64,000 nucleotides of DNA, taken from NCBI GenBank assembly GCA_964350765.1, contig CAYGMB010000002.1, forward strand, positions 22,774 through 86,773. Reading direction: 5' to 3'. Shown piece after piece: positions 1 to 6,896 of this stretch (positions are counted from its first letter, which is position 1; every line of letters begins with the position of its first letter). The notes under the pieces were generated by a model that had not been told where the DNA came from, searched no databases, and saw only the letters and a list, made by a program, of their open reading frames with translations. Source of the DNA: an uncultured Flavobacteriaceae bacterium (GTDB taxonomy: Bacteria; Bacteroidota; Bacteroidia; Flavobacteriales; Flavobacteriaceae). Made by a program: the position numbers and the translations under genes.

Positions 1-194
1 TCGGTTTTAATCTTCTCTTTCACACCTTCTGCGGTTTCATACCCATCTTCAATGGGAGCATGAAATCTGTTTAGTGTGTCTAATGCTACTGCGATAGTAG
101 CAGAGTCCTTTAAGGAAAAAGCTCCTTTTCTTTGTGCTATTTCCAATGCTTGATTGATTGTGTTTAATGCTTGTTGTGCTTCTGAATTTCTCAT
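1..194 (-). CDS. hypothetical protein, N-terminal part only (gene runs off the left edge)
   Basis: Minus-strand frame is open from position 1 to an ATG at 192-194 (MRNSEAQQALNTINQALEIAQRKGAFSLKD...). It is missing from the ORF track only because no stop lies inside the window. Confidence 0.4.
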   Translation of the reverse strand, partial: MRNSEAQQALNTINQALEIAQRKGAFSLKDSATIAVALDTLNRFHAPIEDGYETAEGVKEKIKT

Positions 195-240
195 TTTGTT
201 GTTTTTATTTGTACTTAGTTTTTTCGAGGTGTCGTTGTGA

Positions 241-1803
241 TTAGTTATTATCTTCTTTTAGTGTTATTATAATTGCAGTGTTTAATAATAATTTTGCCAC
301 TGACATTGCGTTTTCCAATGCGGTTCTGATTGATTTAGTACTATCAATGATATTATCTTCTATGAGGTTTGCCCTTTGGTCTGTAAAGGCATTATAACCC
401 CTCCCATAAATCTTTTGAGGGCCTCTGAGATATTTTCTATAATCTCTGTTAGCATTTGTACAAACTTGTTTAAAAGGGGCCTCTAATGCGCTTAAAACAA
501 TATTATAGCCAAATTGTGTTTCCTCTGAGCCGATTTTTTTACCTCTCATAAGTTCTGCTATATAGACTAATGCAGAACCACCTCCCGATATCCATCCCTC
601 CTCTTGAGCAGACTCCACTGACCTCACTGAATCATCCACCCTATCAAATTTTTCTTTGATTTCAGATTCTGATATACCGCCAACCAATATAGTGGCAGAG
701 ACACCTTCGAGGTTTTGGATTCTTCTTTTTATAAAATCCTTATCGGTCACTTCTTCTAATTGACCTCTAAGTTCTTCTACTTTAGCTTTAGACTCTTCTG
801 TAGGTGTATTTTTAATGAAACTACAAGAGTTCTCTGTTACAATAACTTTATCGGCTACTCCTGCAACTATTTTTTTATCTTCACCTCCTTGTAAGAACAC
901 CTCTCCTCCTGTAAAGACAGCAACATCTTCTAATAATGCCTTCCTCTTAACATCATATTCGGGACACTGTACTAAAGTGATATTAAGTATGCCTCTTTGA
1001 TGGAGGTCGGTTATTTTTATAACCGTGTCTTCGTGGAACCTCTCTGCAATAATTACAATAGGTCTATTAGGAGAATCATTTCTCACTTGTTGTAAGAAGT
1101 TCTGAACAACTTCATCTCCACCTAAATAACCTTCATATATTACCACTACTGCATCATCACCTTCGAATTTTGCATTTTTTTGATTGTTGATTAGAAAAGG
1201 ATTTTCCCAACCATTTGATAATCGCATTCCCTTGGATATATCTAAATCTGAAAAAGAACTATTATGATTTTCTTGTACATCTATAATACCACCCTTACCA
1301 ACAGCTTTATAAGCTCTAAAAACTAAATCTCCTATTTCAGAATTATTATTAGACGATACTGTGGCAATTTTTTTAATGGCATCGTCATCTACTTCTCTTG
1401 AGAGCATTTTCATATAAGAACAAAAGTCGTCATAAGCCATTTCCATTCCTTGCTCCACCCTCTTGTTGTAAAAGTAAGCTGATTTAAGGCCAAACCATTT
1501 TTTCTTTTTACTATTTTCAACAAGAGCTTTTGCAAAAACTAAAGATGTTGTAGTGGCATCTCCTGCAGTGACTAAAGTTTTAGCCGCAATTTGTTTTGCC
1601 AAATTGGCACCTATGTTTTTTTCAGGATGGTCGAAGAATATTTTTTTGGCTGTTGATATCCCGTCTTTTGTTACCTTCGGATTCCCAAGTATTTCATTCT
1701 CCATGATTGCCAATTTACCTTGGGCACCCATTGTTTGACTAACCGCCTCACATACTGTGAAAAATCCTTCTAATAATTTTTTATTGTCATTAATCGATAT
1801 CAT
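241..1803 (-). CDS. groEL: group I chaperonin, GroEL/Cpn60 family (phage-encoded)
   Basis: 520 aa. Cpn60 signatures read by eye: PKVTKDGISTAKKI, the AGDATTTS nucleotide-binding loop (GroEL AGDGTTTA) and SGGGSALVY (GroEL GGGVAL). There is no C-terminal GGM repeat. Confidence 0.9.
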   Translation of the reverse strand: MISINDNKKLLEGFFTVCEAVSQTMGAQGKLAIMENEILGNPKVTKDGISTAKKIFFDHPEKNIGANLAKQIAAKTLVTAGDATTTSLVFAKALVENSKKKKWFGLKSAYFYNKRVEQGMEMAYDDFCSYMKMLSREVDDDAIKKIATVSSNNNSEIGDLVFRAYKAVGKGGIIDVQENHNSSFSDLDISKGMRLSNGWENPFLINNQKNAKFEGDDAVVVIYEGYLGGDEVVQNFLQQVRNDSPNRPIVIIAERFHEDTVIKITDLHQRGILNITLVQCPEYDVKRKALLEDVAVFTGGEVFLQGGEDKKIVAGVADKVIVTENSCSFIKNTPTEESKAKVEELRGQLEEVTDKDFIKRRIQNLEGVSATILVGGISESEIKEKFDRVDDSVRSVESAQEEGWISGGGSALVYIAELMRGKKIGSEETQFGYNIVLSALEAPFKQVCTNANRDYRKYLRGPQKIYGRGYNAFTDQRANLIEDNIIDSTKSIRTALENAMSVAKLLLNTAIIITLKEDNN

Positions 1804-1972
1804 CTATGTCGTCTAAATCTATATTTGTTAAGCTTAATAATTCTTCTAATTCTGTTTGTTCTTTTATGAATCTTTTTTTATCTTTTTCCCACTCACCTTT
1901 CATCAGTGGAAAAACCTCTTGTAGTTCTCCCGACTCAAGCATAGATTCATATAGTTTTTTAAATCTGCTCAT
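1790..1972 (-). CDS. hypothetical protein (60 aa, acidic C-terminus DLDDIDDID)
   Basis: ORF track. Its 3' end overlaps the chaperonin start by 14 nt on the same strand. Confidence 0.5.
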   Translation of the reverse strand: MSRFKKLYESMLESGELQEVFPLMKGEWEKDKKRFIKEQTELEELLSLTNIDLDDIDDID

Positions 1973-2198
1973 TGTAATGTTGTTTTACGAGATTATTGAA
2001 TTCTTGATATCGTTCGGGAGTCATATCAAAAGGTGTGCCTGTAAGTTGAAAACGTTGTTCTTTACCATCTTTGATACTTCTCACAAAGTATCCTTTTGAA
2101 TTTGTCACATAACACATATTTGAGGCACCAACGGATTTTCTAATTTTCTCTAACCAACTTGTGTGAAATTTTGGTATATTAGCTAAGTTTAACCCCAT
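1959..2198 (-). CDS. hypothetical protein (79 aa)
   Basis: ORF track. It overlaps both neighbours on the same strand (operon-like packing). Confidence 0.5.
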   Translation of the reverse strand: MGLNLANIPKFHTSWLEKIRKSVGASNMCYVTNSKGYFVRSIKDGKEQRFQLTGTPFDMTPERYQEFNNLVKQHYNEQI

Positions 2199-2607
2199 CG
2201 TCTTCTACTTTTTTCATTGTACCTATTTTCTTTGCCTTCCCACTTCTGATATTTTCCAAGTGCTTTTGTTGCAATAGCATTAATAAATCTAACGCCATAA
2301 CACCCAACATACTTTTTGTCTCTTGTGGTTTTTGTGAAAAATATGAATTGGCCGTTGGGTACATCTCCCATTCCACTTCAACAGATTCCACTACATCTTT
2401 CTTTTTGTTTACTTTTTGTTTTGTTGGATATGCTGAAATAAAGCCTTGATTTGTTTCATTTTGCTCTACTTGACGGAGGATTTGTATAAGTCCTTCCATA
2501 AGTCGGCCAGGGACTTCCACCGTATCACCATCATCATAAATATATTCAAGAAGGTTGATTTCTTCGTCTTTTAACTCTTCAATTGGTTTTTCTTGTGTTT
2601 CGCTCAT
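2179..2607 (-). CDS. hypothetical acidic protein (142 aa)
   Basis: ORF track; overlapping junctions with same-strand neighbours. Confidence 0.55.
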   Translation of the reverse strand: MSETQEKPIEELKDEEINLLEYIYDDGDTVEVPGRLMEGLIQILRQVEQNETNQGFISAYPTKQKVNKKKDVVESVEVEWEMYPTANSYFSQKPQETKSMLGVMALDLLMLLQQKHLENIRSGKAKKIGTMKKVEDDGVKLS

Positions 2608-2927
2608 TATAGTTTATTTTCTGCGTTTAAAAATTCTGTTAAATCTCCTTGTAATTGTTTGTACTCATCGTACTCATTTGATAACTTGGCATTTTCCTTT
2701 GCAGCGTTCATTATCATATCTGCTCTTGATTCTTCTCCAAATACTTTTTCACACCTCAAATCGTAATTTAACGTGTAACTACCATTCGAATCTCCTTCAT
2801 ATATTATTTGAGTTGTAGCTGTTTTTTGTTTTTTAGGTATATTTTGAAAAATTGCATTAGAACTTCTCTCAAATTTAATAGACAGCTCTAAATACCGTCT
2901 AAATTTTTTTAATAGTTTTTTGTTCAT
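2607..2927 (-). CDS. hypothetical protein (106 aa)
   Basis: ORF track. ATG at 2925-2927; shares 1 nt (2607) with the start codon of the downstream ORF. Confidence 0.55.
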   Translation of the reverse strand: MNKKLLKKFRRYLELSIKFERSSNAIFQNIPKKQKTATTQIIYEGDSNGSYTLNYDLRCEKVFGEESRADMIMNAAKENAKLSNEYDEYKQLQGDLTEFLNAENKL

Positions 2928-2944
2928 TTTATTTTGTGTTAAAT

Positions 2945-3052
2945 AATCCTGTGTGTTAGAGGGCGAAAATCACCTTGACGAATTTTCACACTCTACAAAA
3001 GCCAATTCTTACTTGTAACCTCTGCAGTGGTGTCAGCTAACGCCACAGGATT
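2945..3052 (-). other. GC-enriched multi-helix RNA structure between the SSB-like gene and the next cistron
   Basis: Closing helix AATCCTGTG (2945-2953) / CACAGGATT (3044-3052), extended by GTTAG (2955-2959) / CTAAC (3037-3041). Inner hairpin GAAAAT (2965-2970) / ATTTTC (2982-2987), flanked by AGAG (2958-2961) / CTCT (2991-2994). No ORF and no T-run. Confidence 0.4.
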
Positions 3053-3084
3053 TATTAATTGTTAAGTTGTTGATAATCAATTAT

Positions 3085-3810
3085 TTAGAAGGGCAAATCA
3101 TCGTAGTCATCTTCATTCAAATCACTAACAGGTTCGAATGCTTCTTGTGGTGTAACTGTAGGCACCTTATTACTTGGTTTAGGAGATGATTTAGGTTTTG
3201 CTGTTGTAGCGGTTCCTGATAATCTCGCCACTTCTTTTTGTAGAGTTTCATAAAGAAAAACTAATTTGGTTTCTTTAGATACTGCAGTGGGTCTATTTTT
3301 TCCTGCCACTTCTTTCCACTCTAATTTTGGAATATCTCCTTTAGGATTATTGTCCGTCACATAAGAAAGTGCATATCCAACCTTCTCACCGTCTTTTTTA
3401 ATTGTAACACCTGAGTTTGTGTATTTTACAACCTCATTATTAATAACATCACCTTTGTTTAGTCTCCAATTGTTGATATTAATGTTATCCCCTTTTTGGA
3501 TGTTCGGTAATTGTCTGATAATTGCTTCTACAAAATCATCTACTTCATCTCCGTTGTTGTTTAATACAGGAAAATCTACCATATAAGTTTCTCCTACATT
3601 ATCTAATTCAAAACGAAGTTCTTCTCTGTTGTTAAGATATTCGTTTTTACGAAGAGAAATATTTTTTAATACTCCTTCTACACCTGTGTTATAATATTTT
3701 CTGTAGCTTACTTTGTCTTTTGAATTTGTGTGTTTCACATATCCTTCTTTCTCATCTGAAGAATATTGAAATAATTGGCCATCAAAATAGCTCTGAATGT
3801 AATTTGTCAT
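3085..3810 (-). CDS. putative single-stranded DNA-binding protein (non-canonical; acidic C-terminal tail ending DDLPF)
   Basis: 241 aa. A Pro/Ser/Thr/Lys-rich linker is followed by DLNEDDYDDLPF, resembling the bacterial SSB tip DDDIPF and the acidic Phe-terminated tail of T7 gp2.5-type proteins. It sits in the recombination/replication arm with RecA. No OB-fold motif was verified. Confidence 0.5.
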   Translation of the reverse strand: MTNYIQSYFDGQLFQYSSDEKEGYVKHTNSKDKVSYRKYYNTGVEGVLKNISLRKNEYLNNREELRFELDNVGETYMVDFPVLNNNGDEVDDFVEAIIRQLPNIQKGDNININNWRLNKGDVINNEVVKYTNSGVTIKKDGEKVGYALSYVTDNNPKGDIPKLEWKEVAGKNRPTAVSKETKLVFLYETLQKEVARLSGTATTAKPKSSPKPSNKVPTVTPQEAFEPVSDLNEDDYDDLPF

Positions 3811-3826
3811 CTGTAATTGTTTTTTG

Positions 3827-4234
3827 TTATTTAAATAATTGTTTTAATTTTTGCCAAAATGTTAATTTTGTTAGTTCTTCTATTTGTAAGTAAACATCTA
3901 TCTCATCATCTATAGCTTTTATTGTATCTCCATTTTTTAGGACTACCTCACAGCCTTCATCAAAATCTCCTGCAATATAAGAAACTTCATCTAAAGGTAT
4001 AAAAGCACTTACTATTTTAAAATCAAAAAATTCATCTGTAATTGGTAGAATATTTGTAGCTGATTTTTGCTTCAAATCATCAGGAATAGGTAAATTCATA
4101 TCCTCGTACCAACTTGCAGATTTTCCATTTTCATCTACAGGCTCTTCTACGGAGTCTTCAAACATATCTCTTATCTTACCTTCATGTTCTTCTTTTAACT
4201 GAGCTCTTCTAATACTTACTTCTAATAGTTTCAT
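3827..4234 (-). CDS. hypothetical, strongly acidic protein (135 aa)
   Basis: ORF track frame, started at the ATG 4232-4234 (MKLLEVSIRR...). The TTG at 4253-4255 used by the track lies inside a -7 promoter box. Confidence 0.6.
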   Translation of the reverse strand: MKLLEVSIRRAQLKEEHEGKIRDMFEDSVEEPVDENGKSASWYEDMNLPIPDDLKQKSATNILPITDEFFDFKIVSAFIPLDEVSYIAGDFDEGCEVVLKNGDTIKAIDDEIDVYLQIEELTKLTFWQKLKQLFK

Positions 4235-4252
4235 ATATTTATTTTGATAAAA

Positions 4253-4284
4253 CAAAGATAAGATTGTTGTTTCTACCTACCAAG
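4253..4284 (-). promoter_or_regulatory. Bacteroidetes-type promoter (imperfect -33)
   Basis: Minus strand: -7 box TATCTTTG (4253-4260), 20-nt spacer, -33 CTTG (4281-4284) instead of TTTG. The box ends 18 nt upstream of the ATG at 4234. Confidence 0.4.
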
Positions 4285-4617
4285 TTTTTAACAATACTTT
4301 AACATCGATTATGTATTGAAGGTCGGTTTTACTTTTTTATCCTTTTTAATCAAGGTGTTTTTGATATTACCTGAACTTACCTATCAGTCATTTTCAAGAT
4401 TGTCAGGTTATATTTTAGCTAAAGAGGGTTTTAATATTCCAACATTACCTACCTTAAGTCAAATAACATTGACTCTCTAAAACCTTCTCACGTAAATAAG
4501 ATAAGTCTAACATACAACGGTGAAAGATTTCATCCAATTACAGGTTACTTAAATAGGTTTTTAGTAGATGATATTCATTTAGCTATCGAAGCTGATTTTG
4601 AAAAACATAAATCCTTT

Positions 4618-4833
4618 ATGATTGAAACAGTACGTTCTTTTTTTAAAGATTACGATTCAAGTAATAAGTCAAACGAATCTTTTAGTCAACTTGAAATGCA
4701 CACAACTGCCTTTTTAAAATACTATGGTTTTAATAGTAACATAGTTTATCCACTATATTTAGGCAATTCAGAATTTAAAGTTTATTTAGAGGACTTGGAT
4801 AAATCTATTAAAAAAGGATTAGCCGAGTCTTGA
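4618..4833 (+). CDS. hypothetical protein (71 aa from first ATG; the frame stays open upstream to 4435)
   Basis: ORF track. The same frame has no stop back to 4435 and no ATG, GTG or TTG in that stretch. See the finding on a split ORF. Confidence 0.5.
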   Translation: MIETVRSFFKDYDSSNKSNESFSQLEMHTTAFLKYYGFNSNIVYPLYLGNSEFKVYLEDLDKSIKKGLAES

Positions 4834-5019
4834 TTTTTCTTCTTCGGTTAGTTCTATTGTATTTATAAATACATTCATATTATCAGCGTAAACTATTCCT
4901 TTTTCAGGATGATTTACATAAACTAATCTACCTTCTGCGAGGGTATAAAAATCTCTTTGATTAGGATTTAGTTTTACTAAATTCTCAAATTTAATTTCTT
5001 CTTTTTCTTCTGTGTTCAT
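4819..5019 (-). CDS. hypothetical protein (66 aa)
   Basis: ORF track. ATG at 5017-5019 directly abuts repeat element E1. It converges on and overlaps 4618-4833 by 15 nt. Confidence 0.55.
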   Translation of the reverse strand: MNTEEKEEIKFENLVKLNPNQRDFYTLAEGRLVYVNHPEKGIVYADNMNVFINTIELTEEEKSRLG

Positions 5020-5210
5020 ACGCTTTGTTTAGCTTACGTACAACGAGTTTGTATATGAAAAGTAGCGTGTAAAAATTCGTTAATTTTCGAGTTTACGTTG
5101 TGTTTTTTAGTGCGCCAAAATTTTAGGCTTGGCACTTACCTAATTATTTTTTATATACAGTGTTGGCAAATCGGTTTTTAATTCCGTAATTTACTAAATC
5201 TGTTTACTAT
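5020..5210. repeat. intergenic repeat element E1 (paralogue of E2/E3)
   Basis: Shares ordered blocks with E2: GTACAACGAGTTTGTATATGAAAAGTA (5038-5064), ATTCGTTAATTTTCGAGTTTA, hairpin GTGCgCCAA/TTGGCAC (5110-5135) plus a T-rich run, TATATACAGTGTTGGCAAA (5152-5170), and GGTTTTTAATTCCGTAATTTACTAAAT. Confidence 0.65.
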
Positions 5211-5471
5211 TTAATAGAAATCTTTAAAATGTTCTTTAAGTGCTCTAACTCTGTTTAAAGTCTCATCTACTTCCACATTTATTTCCTTTTCTATTTGTTC
5301 AATAGGTTTTCCTTCTAATACTGCAAGTAATTCTTTTTCTATTTTTTCAACAGATTCTCCTTTTTCCAATCTCTGACGTAATAAATTACATTTCTTGGCT
5401 TTATTTAAGTCAACTCTTTTTCTGTTAATTACCCAATTTCCTATAAAAGGGATTGATATTCCTGTCAACAT
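5211..5471 (-). CDS. hypothetical protein (86 aa)
   Basis: ORF track. ATG at 5469-5471 lies 15 nt from the TTTGCCAAC block of E2. Confidence 0.55.
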   Translation of the reverse strand: MLTGISIPFIGNWVINRKRVDLNKAKKCNLLRQRLEKGESVEKIEKELLAVLEGKPIEQIEKEINVEVDETLNRVRALKEHFKDFY

Positions 5472-5705
5472 AGTTTCTTTTAACTGTTTGCCAACGGTTT
5501 AGTATATGAAAAGTAAAGGGGTTTCATTCTTTATTTTTCGGTTTTAAACTGTTGTTTGTTGATTAGTACTTACTTTTGGCGAAGTACTTTAGCCTTTATT
5601 TTTTATATACGTTGTTGTAAAACGTTTTTATTTTTCCGTAACGGTTGTTAGTCCAACGTAATTTAGTAAATTGGTCGGAAATATTAATAATTTAAAATTT
5701 TAACT
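5472..5705. repeat. intergenic repeat element E2
   Basis: TTTGCCAACGGTTTAGTATATGAAAAGTA (5487-5515), hairpin AGTACTT/AAGTACT (5565-5588) followed by TTAGCCTTTATTTTTT, then TATATACGTTGTTGTAAAA (5604-5622) and GTTTTTATTTTTCCGTAA...GTAATTTAGTAAAT. Colinear with E1. Confidence 0.65.
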
Positions 5706-5891
5706 ATGTCTGATTACTATTACGATAATAAAAAAGCTCATTTTAAAGCTAACTTCGGAAAAGCTGCTGACGATAACTTGTCAGAATTTTTAAAATATGT
5801 ATCTATCGAAATAAACAGAGAAATGTTGGATTCTTTGTCCGATTTAAAGGGGTCTATTGAAAGTCTAACAGAATCAAACTATAAAGAGTAG
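5706..5891 (+). CDS. hypothetical protein (61 aa)
   Basis: ORF track. One of two rightward genes embedded in the leftward arm, downstream of E2. Confidence 0.5.
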   Translation: MSDYYYDNKKAHFKANFGKAADDNLSEFLKYVSIEINREMLDSLSDLKGSIESLTESNYKE

Positions 5892-5892
5892 A

Positions 5893-6063
5893 TTATTTTA
5901 TTCCACTTATTTCCAATTCAAATTCCTCTGTATTATTTAATGTAGAGGCTTTCTTGATATTATACAAGCTTTGTTTAAGAATGTAGTCCGCATCTGCTGT
6001 ATTAAGGTTTTTTAACAGTCCTAAAACTTCTTTTATTTTTGATGTTAATTCAGTTGTGTTCAT
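5893..6063 (-). CDS. hypothetical protein (56 aa from ATG 6061-6063)
   Basis: ORF track frame. I prefer the ATG at 6061-6063 (MNTTELTSK...), which sits 14 nt from TTTGCCAAC exactly as in E2. The GTG at 6130-6132 used by the track would make the gene cover conserved E3 blocks. Confidence 0.5.
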   Translation of the reverse strand: MNTTELTSKIKEVLGLLKNLNTADADYILKQSLYNIKKASTLNNTEEFELEISGIK

Positions 6064-6234
6064 TGTATTTTTAAATGTTTGCCAACAAAGGTATATGGTG
6101 TCGTTTGAGGAACGAAAATGCACTATATACACTGTTGCGTTTTTATTAACTTACTTTAGGTGAAGTATTTAACCTTTTATTTCTTACTCAAAGCTATAAC
6201 TTATATTTCGCATAATCAAATGTTTAACATTATT
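6064..6234. repeat. intergenic repeat element E3 (rearranged copy)
   Basis: TTTGCCAACAAAGGTATATGG (6078-6098), TATATACACTGTTGCG (6124-6139), and AACTTACTTTAGGTGAAGTATTTAACCTTTT (6148-6178), which resembles the E2 hairpin block. Block order differs from E1 and E2. Confidence 0.55.
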
Positions 6235-6696
6235 TTATCTTTTAAAAGTAGGTTTTCCAATTATTCTAACACTCACTCCATCATTAAAACAATTTTCATC
6301 AAATAGCGCATTGTTGCAAATTATCTCTTTTGATTCTTTATATTTTAATTCTGTTTCGTTATAAGCATAATCTAAAATCTCTTTTCTCATATTGAGATTT
6401 TGAATACCTTCTTTTTTTATTAATTCATTGAGTGTTTTATTAGAGCCTGTGTAGGATTGCCACGGCATTTCCCGCACATCCCAACGCCATTTCTTAAGAC
6501 GTTTATTTTTCATTTGGGCTATTTCTTTTTTGCCAAATTTCTTTTTACGTTTAGAGAACAATTTTTTCTTTCCATAATAAACTTTAGTTTGACCTTCATA
6601 TTCTATAGTTATTCTGTACACAAAACCATATACATTTTTTGGCATTTGGTCTACTGATGTTATAGTTCTAATACCATACTTCCAATTTATCTCCAT
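6235..6696 (-). CDS. GIY-YIG family (Seg-like) endonuclease candidate, catalytic domain only
   Basis: 153 aa. VYGFVYRITIEYEGQTKVYYGKKK matches the GIY...YIG spacing. It is followed by YTGSNKTLNELIKKEGIQNLNMRKEILDYAYNETELKYKESKEII, the Y-GS-x-L-x-I-x-G-x-F-x-EIL-x-EL-x-E pattern of free-standing phage GIY-YIG nucleases. Confidence 0.55.
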   Translation of the reverse strand: MEINWKYGIRTITSVDQMPKNVYGFVYRITIEYEGQTKVYYGKKKLFSKRKKKFGKKEIAQMKNKRLKKWRWDVREMPWQSYTGSNKTLNELIKKEGIQNLNMRKEILDYAYNETELKYKESKEIICNNALFDENCFNDGVSVRIIGKPTFKR

Positions 6697-6698
6697 AA

Positions 6699-6896
6699 CT
6701 ATCTCTCTAAATATTCTTGTAGTAAATCATCGTGGCACCAAAAAAACAAATAACCATCTTCTTCAACTGTATCATCTTCAGTATATATAAGACAAACTAA
6801 ATCTGTATGTATCTTACCTAAATACTTTCCTATTTCGTTTATGACAATCCAATAGTCTTTAGATTGTTCTTCAAATCTAACTAACCTCTTTTTCAC
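6699..6896 (-). CDS. hypothetical protein (65 aa)
   Basis: ORF track. It overlaps the recA 3' end by 20 nt on the same strand. Confidence 0.5.
   Translation of the reverse strand: MKKRLVRFEEQSKDYWIVINEIGKYLGKIHTDLVCLIYTEDDTVEEDGYLFFWCHDDLLQEYLER

Noticed and set aside
4435-4480. Programmed -1 ribosomal frameshift site in the overlap of the two open frames.
   Set aside because: There is no X-XXY-YYZ slippery heptamer and no obvious downstream stimulatory hairpin or pseudoknot. An indel, a sequencing error or gene decay is at least as likely. I report it only as an open question.
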